IMG/VR virus record: IMGVR_UViG_2606217100_000004
Reading direction: 5' to 3' (one strand)
Origin: a virus
Lineage: Duplodnaviria > Heunggongvirae > Uroviricota > Caudoviricetes
DNA: 18,323 nucleotides
Shown here: positions 7,332-18,089 of the stretch, piece by piece
Layout of the letters: each line of letters starts with the position of its first letter
Position numbering within the stretch: position 1 is the stretch's first letter
Position numbers and translations under genes: made by a program
The notes under the pieces: generated by a model
Seen by the model: the letters and a program-made list of their open reading frames with translations, nothing else
The model's database searches: none
Told to the model about the DNA's origin: nothing

Positions 7332-8381
7332 GTGCGGGTATTACTTAGACCTGTTCTGGTGCCTGAGCTTGGGCTGGTGGTCCTTAAGCCGGGCCGTGAA
7401 TCCATACAGATATTTCATAATCCTCGAGTGCTGGTGGAACCGGAACCAAAAAGCATGCGTAATCTGCCATCCGGAGTCGTTCCTGCCGTTCGCCAGTCGC
7501 TGGCGGAAGACAAAACATTGCTGCCGTTTTTTAGTAACGAACGGGTGATTCGTGCTGCTGGCGGTGTTGGCGCATTGTCTGACTGGCTATTACGTCATGT
7601 TACATCCTGCCAGTGGCCTAATGGCGATTACCATCACTCTGAAACAGTCATTCACCGTTATGGTACCGGCGCAATGGTGTTGTGTTGGCACTGCGACAAC
7701 CAACTGCGTGACCAGACATCGGAATCACTGGAGCTGCTTGCTCAACAAAATCTGACAGCATGGGTGATTGACGTCATCCGTCACGCAATAAGCGGTACGC
7801 AGGAGCGGGAATTATCTTTGGCTGAATTATCCTGGTGGGCGGTCTGCAATCAGGTGGTGGATGCACTACCTGAGGCTGTATCGCGTCGTTCGCTGGGATT
7901 ACCAGCGGAAAAAATCTGCTCGGTGTACCGCGAAAGCGACATCGTACCGGGAGAGCAGACCGCCACCAGCATATTGAAACAACGCACAAAAAATCTTGCA
8001 CCGTTGCCTTACGCCCACCAGCAACAAAAAACACCACAGGAAAAGACGGTGGTAAGCATCACCGTTGATCCAGAGTCTCCGGAATCTTTCATGAAGCTGC
8101 CTAAACGTCGCCGCTGGGTTAAGGAGAAATACACACGTTGGGTTAAGACACAGCCGTGTGCTTGCTGCGGTATGCCAGCCGACGATCCGCATCATCTGAT
8201 TGGTCACGGGCAGGGCGGAATGGGAACAAAAGCACATGATCTCTTTGTGTTGCCTTTGTGCAGAAAGCATCACAACGAGCTGCATACGGATACAGTGGCA
8301 TTTGAAGAGAAGTATGGCTCCCAACTGGAGCTGATATTTCGTTTTATCGATCGCGCGCTGGCAATTGGCGTACTGGCGTAA
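7332..8381 (+). CDS. ydfU: DUF968-family prophage protein (YdfU-like)
   Basis: GTG start at 7332 preceded by GGAGGT. The C-terminus has Cys/His clusters ([18 protein letters not shown]...CRKHHNELH) as in the lambdoid DUF968 protein upstream of Q. Confidence 0.7.
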   Translation: MRVLLRPVLVPELGLVVLKPGRESIQIFHNPRVLVEPEPKSMRNLPSGVVPAVRQSLAEDKTLLPFFSNERVIRAAGGVGALSDWLLRHVTSCQWPNGDYHHSETVIHRYGTGAMVLCWHCDNQLRDQTSESLELLAQQNLTAWVIDVIRHAISGTQERELSLAELSWWAVCNQVVDALPEAVSRRSLGLPAEKICSVYRESDIVPGEQTATSILKQRTKNLAPLPYAHQQQKTPQEKTVVSITVDPESPESFMKLPKRRRWVKEKYTRWVKTQPCACCGMPADDPHHLIGHGQGGMGTKAHDLFVLPLCRKHHNELHTDTVAFEEKYGSQLELIFRFIDRALAIGVLA

Positions 8382-8394
8382 GTGGAGAACGAGC

Positions 8395-9141
8395 ATGAAC
8401 CTTGAAGCCTTACCAAAATATTACTCCCCAAAATCTCCAAAATTGAGCGATGACGCTCCAGCGACAGGCACCGGTTGTTTAACAATTACGGATGTAATGG
8501 CAGCGCAGGGGATGGTGCAGTCGAAAGCACCACTTGGGTTGGCCTTATTTCTGGCAAAAGTTGGTGTTCAGGACGCTCAGTTTGCGATTGAAGGCCTGCT
8601 AAATTACGCGATGGCACTGGATAACCCGACATTGAACAAATTGAGTGAAGAAATCCGGTTACAGATTATTCCTTACCTCGTGAATTTTGCCTTTGCTGAT
8701 TACTCCAGGTCTGCGGCAAGTAAGGCTCGCTGTGAGCATTGTTCAGGTACGGGATTTTATAATGTATTGCGCGAAGTGGTGAAACACTACAGACGCGGGG
8801 AATCTGTAATCAAGGAAGAATGGGTGAAGGAACTATGTCAGCATTGCCATGGTAAGGGCGAAGTCAGCACAGCGTGCAGAGGGTGTAAGGGTAAAGGGAT
8901 TGTTCTGGATGAAAAAAGAACCCGGTTTCATGGCGTACCGGTATATAAGATTTGTGGGCGTTGTAATGGAAACCGGTTTAGTCGTTTACCGACCACGCTG
9001 GCACGACGTCATGTCCAGAAGCTGGTACCAGACCTGACCGATTATCAGTGGTATAGCCTGGTTTTTGGCCTGCTGACGTATCTGACAAATCTTTATTTCA
9101 AGATTAAAGAAGACAGGCGTAAGGCTGCGAGAGGAGAGTAA
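8395..9141 (+). CDS. quuQ: Late-gene antiterminator Q-like protein
   Basis: ATG at 8395 with a GGAGA SD. Cys-rich zinc-binding region (CEHCSGTGF...CQHCHGKGE...CRGCKGKG...CGRCNG), positioned immediately upstream of lysis genes. Confidence 0.7.
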   Translation: MNLEALPKYYSPKSPKLSDDAPATGTGCLTITDVMAAQGMVQSKAPLGLALFLAKVGVQDAQFAIEGLLNYAMALDNPTLNKLSEEIRLQIIPYLVNFAFADYSRSAASKARCEHCSGTGFYNVLREVVKHYRRGESVIKEEWVKELCQHCHGKGEVSTACRGCKGKGIVLDEKRTRFHGVPVYKICGRCNGNRFSRLPTTLARRHVQKLVPDLTDYQWYSLVFGLLTYLTNLYFKIKEDRRKAARGE

Positions 9142-9145
9142 TCCA

Positions 9146-9453
9146 ATGACTCAAGACTATGAACTGGTTGTGAAAGGAGTCCGTAATTTTGAGAATAAAG
9201 TTACGGTAACTGTAGCCTTACAGGACAAGGAACGCTTTGACGGTGAAATTTTTGACCTGGATGTCGCCATGGACCGTGTTGAAGGAGCTGCGCTGGAGTT
9301 TTATGAGGCAGCAGCCAGAAGGAGCGTCCGGCAAGTCTTCCTGGAAGTAGCAGAAAAATTGTCAGAAAAAGTTGAGTCTTATCTGCAGCATCAGTACTCC
9401 TTTAAGATTGAAAATCCTGCCAATAAGCACGAGCGTCCTCATCATAAATATAT

Positions 9454-9457
<4 letters not shown>
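9146..9457 (+). CDS. ydfR: YdfR-like (DUF1327) late-region protein
   Basis: 103-aa hydrophilic ORF between Q and the endolysin. It has no transmembrane segment, so it is not a holin. Confidence 0.6.
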
Positions 9458-10481
<1,024 letters not shown>

Positions 10482-10703
10482 GGTAATATTAAATCGGAAC
10501 ATTTACATCGCGGAATGTAAAATTTAAATAAAAAGGACTCTTCCATGAGCCAAAATTCCTGAAATCTTAAGGGTAAGATAAAAGGTCTTAATCAGAATGA
10601 CACGTTTTATTAATAAATAAAGCTATTCTTTCATTGCTGTGTTTTTCTTTACAAAAGTAATCCTTGCTATGGGTGGTTAATCATGCGTTAATGGTGTTCT
10701 GGT

Positions 10704-10740
10704 TTGTTACAAATTTATCTGAAGCAGTCATTGTTATAAT
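10704..10740 (+). promoter_or_regulatory. Candidate cspI promoter with extended -10 (TGtTATAAT at 10732-10740) and a roughly 100-nt AT-rich leader
   Basis: TGnTATAAT motif seen directly. A long AT-rich 5' UTR is typical of CspA-family cold-shock genes. Confidence 0.3.
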
Positions 10741-10843
10741 TTTATTATTTGTACCTCTTGAGATTTCCTTGTTGGTTTTTCTCTCTGATATTTTTTTTCG
10801 GACCATTCTGCCCAAGGGCTAATTTCTTCAAAAGGTAATAATT

Positions 10844-11056
10844 ATGTCTAACAAAATGACTGGTTTAGTGAAATGGTTTAACCCTGAAAAAGGTTTTGGT
10901 TTCATCACGCCGAAAGATGGCAGCAAAGATGTGTTTGTCCATTTCTCAGCAATTCAGAGCAACGATTTCAAAACATTAACTGAGAATCAGGAAGTTGAAT
11001 TTGGTATTGAGAACGGACCTAAAGGTCCTGCCGCTGTTCATGTAGTGGCGCTTTGA
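10844..11056 (+). CDS. cspI: CspA-family cold-shock protein
   Basis: 70 aa, [23 protein letters not shown]...VHFSAI: RNP1/RNP2 cold-shock domain motifs. Confidence 0.9.
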   Translation: MSNKMTGLVKWFNPEKGFGFITPKDGSKDVFVHFSAIQSNDFKTLTENQEVEFGIENGPKGPAAVHVVAL

Positions 11057-11260
11057 GGTAGACAATATTACAAACCATATTCACTTTAGATGCCCGTGTT
11101 GTCATGGTTCCCAGTATAGAACATCATCTTTTGATGTTTCTGACATGAATCCTTTCGGGGCAAAATGTATCTTTTGTAAATCAATGATGATTACATTTGA
11201 TAATATTTCACAATACTTAAATGCCAGCCGTCTGTCGTTGGATTTAAAAAAGTGAAAATG

Positions 11261-11283
11261 AAGGCTCCTTCGGGAGCTTTTTT
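11261..11283 (+). terminator. Intrinsic terminator
   Basis: Stem GCTCC/GGAGC with a TTCG loop, followed by TTTTTT. Confidence 0.5.
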
Positions 11284-11327
11284 GCTTGGTATCTATTCGA
11301 TGGATACTCACATACTACGGTAACATC

Positions 11328-11558
11328 ATGAAAAAAATCATAGTTTTTTTTAACTCTGAACCAGCAGTGGTAGTGCCAGCGATGACTGGAGTTAACACCA
11401 TCATGCGTGAATATCCAAATGGCGAAAAAACACACCTTACTGTAATGGCCGCAGGGTTTCCATCTCTGACCGGAGATCATAAAGTCATTTATGTAGCCGC
11501 GGATCGACATGTTACTTCAGAAGAAATTCTGGAAGCAGCAATAAGGCTCTTGAGTTGA
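11328..11558 (+). CDS. Hypothetical small protein
   Basis: ATG at 11328 preferred over the TTG at 11286, which lies inside the terminator tail. No clear SD and no recognised family. Confidence 0.35.
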   Translation: MKKIIVFFNSEPAVVVPAMTGVNTIMREYPNGEKTHLTVMAAGFPSLTGDHKVIYVAADRHVTSEEILEAAIRLLS

Positions 11559-11726
11559 TTTTATGCTATTGTATTGATAATTCAGGAAAATCCTCTTTGT
11601 CTGTTTGTGTAAAATTTAGACTATCGTATGTTGATTATTGCGATGTTTCATCTTATCTTTTACACGTTTGCACCATATAATCGACTTACTGTGTAACTGG
11701 AAAGTCATAACAGACTAAAAGAGGAA

Positions 11727-11903
11727 ATGATGAATATTGAAAACTTAAAAACAAAAGCAGAAGCAGATATTTCTGAATATATAACAAAAAAAATTATTGA
11801 ACTTAAGAAAAAGACCGGGAAAGAAGTTACCAGTATTCAGTTTACCGCACGGGAAAAAATGACGGGTCTTGAAAGCTATGATGTCAAGATTAATTTAATC
11901 TGA
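11727..11903 (+). CDS. gnsB: GnsA/GnsB-family small protein
   Basis: 58-aa ORF not in the supplied track (MMNIENLKTKAEADISEYITKKIIELKKKTGKEVTSIQFTAREKMTGLESYDVKINLI) with an AGAGGA SD. Confidence 0.65.
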   Translation: MMNIENLKTKAEADISEYITKKIIELKKKTGKEVTSIQFTAREKMTGLESYDVKINLI

Positions 11904-11930
11904 TGTATTCAATAATAAAATTTATCCATA

Positions 11931-11958
11931 AACCTCGTTTTTACGGGGTTTTGTTATA
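11931..11958 (+). terminator. Candidate intrinsic terminator after gnsB
   Basis: Stem AACCTCG/CGGGGTT around a TTTTTA loop, followed by a T-rich tract. Confidence 0.4.
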
Positions 11959-12017
11959 TTTGAATGGTTCCGAATATCTAAATCACAATTGTTGATGGTT
12001 TTTATTAAACCAATGCA

Positions 12018-12046
12018 GTCCGGCTCAGGAGTGAGAGAAGCCGGAC
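12018..12046 (-). terminator. Candidate hairpin terminator downstream of ydfO
   Basis: 8-bp stem GTCCGGCT/AGCCGGAC, 9 nt past the ydfO stop; the U-tract on the minus strand is weak. Confidence 0.3.
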
Positions 12047-12054
12047 GTTATGGT

Positions 12055-12465
12055 TTAGCGTGGTAAGATCTGTGTAGTTTTCTGGATGCTTTCAGTAAAT
12101 AGTAATGAGTTATCAAAGGCATAGTAATATCTTTGGTGTTCCTGGATATTTGTAACCCATCGGAAAACTCCTGCTTTAGCAAGATTTTCCCTGTATTGTT
12201 GAAATGTGATTTCTTTTGATTTCAACTTATTATAGGAGGTCTCTATAAGATGTTTGTTTCTGGAGAATTTAACATTTACAACCTTTTTGAGTCCTTTTAC
12301 TAACACTATGTTGTCGTTTTCTAACACAATGTGAATATTATCTGTGGCTAAATAGTAAATATAAAGTGAGACATTGTGACGTTTTAGCTCAGAATAAAAT
12401 AATTCACAGTTTAAATCTTTACGCACTTGATCGAATATTTCTTTAAAAATGGCAGCCTGAGCCAT
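12055..12465 (-). CDS. ydfO: DUF1398-family prophage protein (YdfO-like)
   Basis: Start chosen at the internal Met ([17 protein letters not shown]...). [13 protein letters not shown] and [30 protein letters not shown] resemble YdfO as I recall it. Confidence 0.7.
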   Translation of the reverse strand: MAQAAIFKEIFDQVRKDLNCELFYSELKRHNVSLYIYYLATDNIHIVLENDNIVLVKGLKKVVNVKFSRNKHLIETSYNKLKSKEITFQQYRENLAKAGVFRWVTNIQEHQRYYYAFDNSLLFTESIQKTTQILPR

Positions 12466-12765
12466 TGGTAAACCTTCCATGTGATACGATGGCGCGTAGT
12501 TAGCATTATCGTGTTTATTGTTTCAATCTGGTCTGACCTCTTTGTGTTTTGTTGATGATTTATGTCAAATATTAAGCCTGTTTTTGATGAATAGTGTTGA
12601 TTGCGTAACAAAATTGAGCCTTGCTGGCATCCAGGAGGGATATGCAACCGACAGATGTATGTAAGGTCGATGTACTCAAACTTTCATACTTTTCCTCTTT
12701 TATGCAGTAAGATTTGAAGTAATATTTTAACCGCTAGATGACGAGCAAACGCATGGAGCGACAAA

Positions 12766-12972
12766 ATGAATAAAGAACAATCTGCTGATGAACTCTCGTT
12801 GGATCTGATTCGTGTAAAAAATATGCTTAATAGCACCATTTCTATGAGTTACCCGGATGTTGTAATTGCATGTATAGAACATCAGGTGTCTCTGGAAGCA
12901 TTCAGGGCAATTGAGGCAGCGTTGGTGAAGCACGATAAGAATTCGAAGGATTATTCCCTGGTGGTTGACTGA
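12766..12972 (+). CDS. Hypothetical small protein
   Basis: 68-aa ORF with a GGAGCG SD 6 nt upstream, divergent from ydfO. Confidence 0.45.
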   Translation: MNKEQSADELSLDLIRVKNMLNSTISMSYPDVVIACIEHQVSLEAFRAIEAALVKHDKNSKDYSLVVD

Positions 12973-13296
12973 GCACCATAACTGCTAATCATTCAAACTA
13001 TTTCACCTGTGACAGAGTCAATATCGCATTCTGTCACTGTCAGGCTAATACAGAGCTGCAATTCAACTACTGCAATGTCCTCGTAATTAGGTGAATTTAC
13101 AATATCGTCCTGTTCGGATGCCGGTTGCATTGCTGAAGATGAGGCATTTATGGTTCGCATATTTTCCCCTCATGCTCGTCAGTCCTGTGCGTAGGAAGAA
13201 ACAGGACACTCACACTAATTTGTGTGGGCATGCTGTGATGTCCTTCTGAATTATTCCTATGCCATTATGTAAAGCGCTGTATCAGATGCTCATCAC

Positions 13297-13320
13297 GGCT
13301 GTCAGGCTGTCAGGCTGTCG
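13297..13320. repeat. Three tandem copies of an 8-mer (GGCTGTCA x2, GGCTGTCG) leading into a GC-rich tract
   Basis: Read directly from the sequence. Confidence 0.5.
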
Positions 13321-13542
13321 GGTCCTCCCGGTGGGGGCCCCTGCCACGGGGCGGGAGCGTCGCGGAAAAAGGCTAGTTTTTGCATTTCCATGGCGGCGGC
13401 AGCATGTTTGGTAATTTATTGATAATTAAAAGTTATTTCTCTTTTTACCTGTACAATATTTTTTTCTCCCTGTCATTAGACCAGTTTACAATTAATTGAA
13501 ATATATAAATAAACATGATTTTCACCTGCCAGATGGAGTTGC

Positions 13543-14221
13543 TTATGTCAAATGTGAGCGGGATCGGTGATGCTTATTACGACCACCTGCACGTACCCAG
13601 TCTGATTCTGTCGCCGCTCCACCACGAATCTGAATTTTCCAGGCCTCAGCCTCCTTAACAGGGTCAATCCACGGCATCACCGGTCCGGAATACACCGCGG
13701 TATACAGTGAAGAACGATCAAGATCGCGGGGTAGCCTGATAACACCGGATGCCACAGCCTGTTTCAGCCAGGCACGATACATCGGGCGGGTGACGGCACC
13801 AATAAACCAGTCCTGCAGGATCAGGTAGCCATCAGTGGATTCAACCAGCTCCTGACGCTGGGCGCTGTAAGTGCCGTTATAGTTGCGTGCCGTACTGGAA
13901 AAACTCAGACGACTGCCCGCCGCCACGGCACGCAACTGACCATTACGAAAAGTTTCAAGGTTAGGATTGGGACGATCCGACTTCACCATTCCGATTTCTT
14001 CGCCGGGTTTCAGATCGTCGTAAATAATGCCTGGCTGAATGGTAAGCTCGCGTTCATTCTCCTTGCTGCCATTACCATCCGGTTCATAGCTCTGCCCGTC
14101 GCCTTTCCGGATGTACATCCCCAGAGCAGCGGCGATCCTTGCTGCAGTCAGCTCAGAATCTTCATACTCTTTCAGGGCACTGAGGCGGATCAGCACACCG
14201 GACAACAAAGACGTCCCGCGC
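13543..14221 (-). pseudogene. Lambda-family portal protein (gpB-like) internal/C-terminal fragment
   Basis: The minus-strand frame (…RAVAAGSRLSFSSTARNYNGTYS…WLKQAVASGVIRLP…PWIDPVKEAEAW…) resembles the C-terminal part of lambda gpB as I recall it. The first 38 codons of the track ORF are an out-of-frame read of the V fragment. Confidence 0.45.
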
Positions 14222-14908
14222 ATCTGGTGCAAGGGCGATGCGTTTGCGAACCCTTTATCGGACACTGACTGGCTGCGTCTTGCGATGGTGAAGGATCTGC
14301 AACCTGGCGAAATGACCGCTGATGCAGAAGATGACACTTATCTCGATGATGAAGATGCAGACTGGAAAACGACAACCCAGGGGCAGAAATCCGTCGGTGA
14401 TACTTCGGCGACGCTGGCCTGGCGTCCGGGTGACAGCGGGCAGAAAAAACTGGTTCAGTTGTTCGACTCCGGTGAAGTCTGCGCGTTTCGTATCAAATAT
14501 CCCAACGGCACTGTTGATGTTTTCCGTGGCTGGCTGAGCTCACTGGGTAAAACCATTGCCTCAAAAGACGTGATGACCCGCACAGTGAAAATCAGCGGTG
14601 TGGGGCGTCCGTATCTGGCAGAGGAAGGCACTGAAACAGTGAGCGTTACCGGGCTGACGGTGGCACCGGCATCTGCCAGTGTAAAAGTGGGAGCAACCAC
14701 CACGCTGACCTTTACAGTAAAACCTGACGGAGCCAGTGACAAAGCGATCAGTGTGCATTCGACAGATCCACAGACTGCCACGGTGACCCTGAACGGGCTT
14801 GTGGCCACGGTGAAAGGCGTGAAGCAGGGCAGTGTCAGCATTGTGGGCATGACTTCTGACGGCGATTTTGTGGCAGTGGCTGCGGTGGCTGTCAGCGCCG
14901 CAGGTTAA
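14222..14908 (+). pseudogene. Lambda gpV-like major tail protein, N-terminally truncated
   Basis: ANPLSDTDWLRLAMVKDLQPGEMTA…YLDDEDADW…PNGTVDVFRGW…Ig-like C-terminus closely matches lambda V from about residue 20 onward. No V-like start codon or N-terminus is present. Confidence 0.75.
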
Positions 14909-14910
14909 CA

Positions 14911-15667
14911 GGACGATACTCATCATTTGCCCCGGTTAGTGCCGCTTCCTCGGCAACGGCGGCAGGCAATTCCGCGAAGGCGGCAAAGACGTCTGAGACA
15001 AACGCCAGGTCTTCTGAAACGGCAGCGGAACAGAGTGCCTCAGCTGCGGCAGGCTCAAAAACAGCGGCTGCGTCGTCTGCCAGTGCAGCGTCAACAAGTG
15101 CCGGGCAGGCCTCAGCCAGTGCTAGCGCCGCCGGAAAATCGGCAGAAAGCGCCGCATCGTCCGCTTCAACAGCCACAACGAAGGCTGGCGAAGCCACTGA
15201 ACAGGCCAGCGCAGCAGCGAGGTCTGCTTCCGCAGCGAAGACATCCGAAACGAACGCGAAAGCGTCGGAAACCAACGCAGAATCCTCAAAAACGGCTGCC
15301 GCATCGTCCGCCAGTTCGGCGGCGTCATCGGCATCATCGGCGTCTGCTTCAAAAGATGAGGCGACCAGACAGGCGTCAGCAGCGAGGGGCAGCGCCACGA
15401 CGGCATCCACGAAGGCGACAGAGGCTGCTGGCAGTGCGGCAGCGGCAGCACAGAGCAAAAGTACGGCAGAATCCGCAGCAACGCGCGCTGAGACAGCGGC
15501 AAAACGGGCAGAGGATATTGCATCCGCCGTGGCGCTTGAGGATGCGAGCACGACGAAAAAGGGGATAGTACAGCTCAGCAGTGCGACTAACAGCACTTCC
15601 GAGTCACTGGCGGCAACGCCAAAAGCCGTTAAGGCCGCGTATGACCTGGCTATACGAGGTGTATAAC
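14911..15667 (+). pseudogene. Side tail fibre (Stf) Ala/Ser-rich segment, no start codon, open from the V stop, ending in a frameshift
   Basis: A frame without ATG reads …KTSETNA…SASAAS…[34 protein letters not shown], then stops at 15665-15667. The tail-fibre sequence continues in another frame. Confidence 0.55.
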
Positions 15668-16510
15668 AACGGATATCCAACAGCGTATGGAAATATCATT
15701 CACCTGAAAGGGATGACAGCCGTTGGCGAAGGTGAGTTACTCATCGGCTGGAGTGGTACAAGCGGTGCTCATGCTCCGGCATTTATTCGTTCACGACGGG
15801 ATACGACCGGCGCAAACTGGTCGCCGTGGGCGCAGCTTTACACCTCGGCTCATCCTCCTGCAGAGTTTTATCCAGTCGGTGCACCAATCCCGTGGCCATC
15901 AGATACCGTTCCGTCTGGTTATGCCCTGATGCAGGGGCAGACTTTTGACAAATCTGCTTACCCGAAACTTGCAGCCGCTTATCCGTCAGGCGTGATCCCT
16001 GATATGCGTGGCTGGACGATTAAGGGCAAGCCCGCCAGTGATCGAGCCGTATTGTCTCAGGAACAGGACGGCATTAAATCACACACCCACAGCGCCAGCG
16101 TATCCAGTACGGATTTGGGGACGAAAACCACATCGTCGTTTGATTACGGCACTAAATCCACGAATAACACTGGTGCGCATACCCATAGTGTTAGCGGTAC
16201 GGCTGCTTCAGCCGGTGCACATACCCATTCGATGACATTTGTTTCAGGTGGTTCCAGTGGTGCTCCGGGAAGTGGATCACCTGATTATTCTAAATACAGT
16301 GTTAACACTTCTTCTGCAGGCGCTCATACGCACTCTGTATCGGGTACTGCTGCAAGCGCAGGTGCACACGCACATACTGTCGGTATTGGTGCTCATACGC
16401 ACTCCGTTGCGATTGGTTCACATGGACATACCATCACCGTTAACGCTGCTGGTAACGCGGAAAACACCGTCAAAAACATCGCATTTAACTATATTGTGAG
16501 GCTTGCATAA
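15581..16510 (+). CDS. stfQ: Side tail fibre C-terminal portion (StfQ-like); true start uncertain
   Basis: Contains PIPWPSD…[10 protein letters not shown]…repeated GAHTHS/GAHAHT…[31 protein letters not shown], a typical lambdoid tail-fibre distal domain. The first roughly 20 codons of the track ORF are probably out-of-frame junk. Confidence 0.65.
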   Translation: MRLTALPSHWRQRQKPLRPRMTWLYEVYNNGYPTAYGNIIHLKGMTAVGEGELLIGWSGTSGAHAPAFIRSRRDTTGANWSPWAQLYTSAHPPAEFYPVGAPIPWPSDTVPSGYALMQGQTFDKSAYPKLAAAYPSGVIPDMRGWTIKGKPASDRAVLSQEQDGIKSHTHSASVSSTDLGTKTTSSFDYGTKSTNNTGAHTHSVSGTAASAGAHTHSMTFVSGGSSGAPGSGSPDYSKYSVNTSSAGAHTHSVSGTAASAGAHAHTVGIGAHTHSVAIGSHGHTITVNAAGNAENTVKNIAFNYIVRLA

Positions 16511-17085
16511 TGGCATTCAGAATGAGTGAACAACCACGGACCATAAAAATTTATAATCTGCTGGCCGGAACTAATGAATTTATTGGTGAAGGTGACGCAT
16601 ATATTCCGCCTCATACAGGTCTGCCAGCAAACAGTATCGATATTGCACCGCCAGATATTCCGGCAGGCTTCGTGGCTGTTTTCAACAGTGATGAGGCATC
16701 GTGGCATCTCGTTGAAGATCATCGGGGTAAAACGGTTTATGACGTGGCTTCCGGCGACGCGTTATTTATTTCTGAACTCGGTCCGTTACCGGAAAATGTT
16801 ACCTGGTTATCGCCGGGAGGGGAATATCAGAAGTGGAACGGCACAGCCTGGGTGAAGGATACGGAAGCAGAAAAACTGTTCCGGATCCGGGAGGCGGAAG
16901 AAACAAAAAACAGCCTGATGCAGGTAGCCAGTGAGCATATTGCGCCGCTTCAGGATGCTGCAGATCTGGAAATTGCAACGGAGGAAGAAATCTCGTTGCT
17001 GGAAGCATGGAAAAAGTATCGGGTATTGCTGAACCGTGTTGATACGTCAACTGCACAGGATATTGAATGGCCAGCACTGCCGTAG
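16510..17085 (+). CDS. tfaQ: Tail fibre assembly protein (Tfa)
   Basis: 191 aa; ATG overlaps the stf stop (ATAATGG), and the product resembles Tfa chaperones (…[14 protein letters not shown]…EWPALP). Confidence 0.8.
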   Translation: MAFRMSEQPRTIKIYNLLAGTNEFIGEGDAYIPPHTGLPANSIDIAPPDIPAGFVAVFNSDEASWHLVEDHRGKTVYDVASGDALFISELGPLPENVTWLSPGGEYQKWNGTAWVKDTEAEKLFRIREAEETKNSLMQVASEHIAPLQDAADLEIATEEEISLLEAWKKYRVLLNRVDTSTAQDIEWPALP

Positions 17086-17182
17086 GGTAAAACATATAAA
17101 TTCTATAATTAGATGTATCTTTCCATTTACGGCAAGGAAGGTGGCTTGGAAGACGTAAAGCATCTCACACCGAGATTATTTT

Positions 17183-17773
17183 TTATATGTCAGGTGTCTG
17201 AAGTTTTGCTTTGGCTCTTAAAATGGTTTGCCGCGAGGTTTTGAATTCCCGGGCAATGGCACTTATACTTACACCTGACTTAATTCGTTCGAATACCACC
17301 TGTTTCTGTTCTTCATTTAACACTGGTGGTCGACCAAAACGTTTCCCTGCGCCCCGGGCTCTTACTATCCCGGAATGAGTGCGTTCAAGTAAAAGGTCTC
17401 GTTCAAATTCAGCGACTGCTGAAATTACTTGCATCATCATTTTTCCTGTTGGACTGGTCAGGTCAATGCCCCCCAATGCTAAGCAATGCACTCTGATACC
17501 TGTTTCGGTCAGTTGTTCCACTGTTTTCCTGATATCCATTGCATTACAACCAAGGCGATCCAGTTTTGTCACAATCAATTGATCACCACATTTCAGGCGA
17601 GCAAGCAACCGGTTAAAACCAGGACGCTCACTGGTTGCTGCTGAGCCGCTAATGTGTTCTTCGATTATTTGCTGAGGTTTGATTTTAAAACCTGCACTTT
17701 CGATTTCCCGGCGTTGATTTTCGGTGGTCTGATCCAGCGTTGATATCCGACAGTAAGCAAAAATTCGAGACAT
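17183..17773 (-). CDS. pinQ: Serine recombinase / DNA invertase (Pin/Gin/Hin family)
   Basis: 196 aa: [15 protein letters not shown] (catalytic Ser motif), resolvase core, and a C-terminal HTH ([17 protein letters not shown]). Confidence 0.9.
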
Positions 17774-18089
17774 AGTGAGACTCTATACGAAATTGGTGTT
17801 CATATCATAATGCATCTCAGAAAATAATTTTGATTATTTTTGTGCATATTTGTATGTACACGTTCGAAAATAAACGAATGCGTATGCAACCCCGTAATTT
17901 TGGTGAGACCCAAAATCGATTTTGTGAAAAATGGCTTTAACTCGGTTTGTTTTTCGAGTTCCGGGCGGACTCAAGGAAGAAGAATAGTGTTGCGTGTTAT
18001 TTTAACCAGATTTCAAGTTGTTTGGTCGTGGAAAAGTGGAGCAAAATGTTGTTAAAGTGGAAAAATGATAAAAAAGTAAGTTTATTATA

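Noticed and set aside
7899-8396. 165-aa minus-strand ORF overlapping the DUF968 gene, and similar antisense ORFs inside rspA (322-645), the RT gene (4078-4296, 4774-4965, 5333-5524) and the replication gene (2662-2886)
   Set aside because: Each is fully contained antisense within a longer, well-supported gene and lacks start signals; treated as shadow ORFs.
10500-10526. Hairpin TTTACAT-cgcgga-ATGTAAA after Rz as an intrinsic terminator
   Set aside because: The stem is A/T-rich and is followed by an A-rich rather than U-rich tract.
13297-13320. Tandem 8-mers as a possible CRISPR array
   Set aside because: Units are 8 nt with no spacers; no repeat-spacer architecture or cas genes anywhere in the window.
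13349-13360. GGGCGGGAGCGT as a functional lambda-type cohesive end
   Set aside because: Only 8 of 12 positions match GGGCGGCGACCT and no terminase genes follow; at most a decayed remnant.
14892-15680. 262-aa Ala-rich minus-strand ORF and the 213-aa Arg-rich plus-strand ORF (14927-15568)
   Set aside because: Both are shadow frames of the GC-rich, repetitive Ala/Ser-coding tail fibre region; the biased composition keeps alternative frames open. Only the ATG-less Ser/Ala frame has tail-fibre-like sequence.
17897-17916. Palindrome ATTTTGG-tgagac-CCAAAAT as a Pin crossover (gix/hix-like) site
   Set aside because: Half-site order and spacer differ from the AAACC-NN-GGTTT arrangement of gix/hix sites, and no partner site was found; it may be part of the pin or ydfK promoter region.
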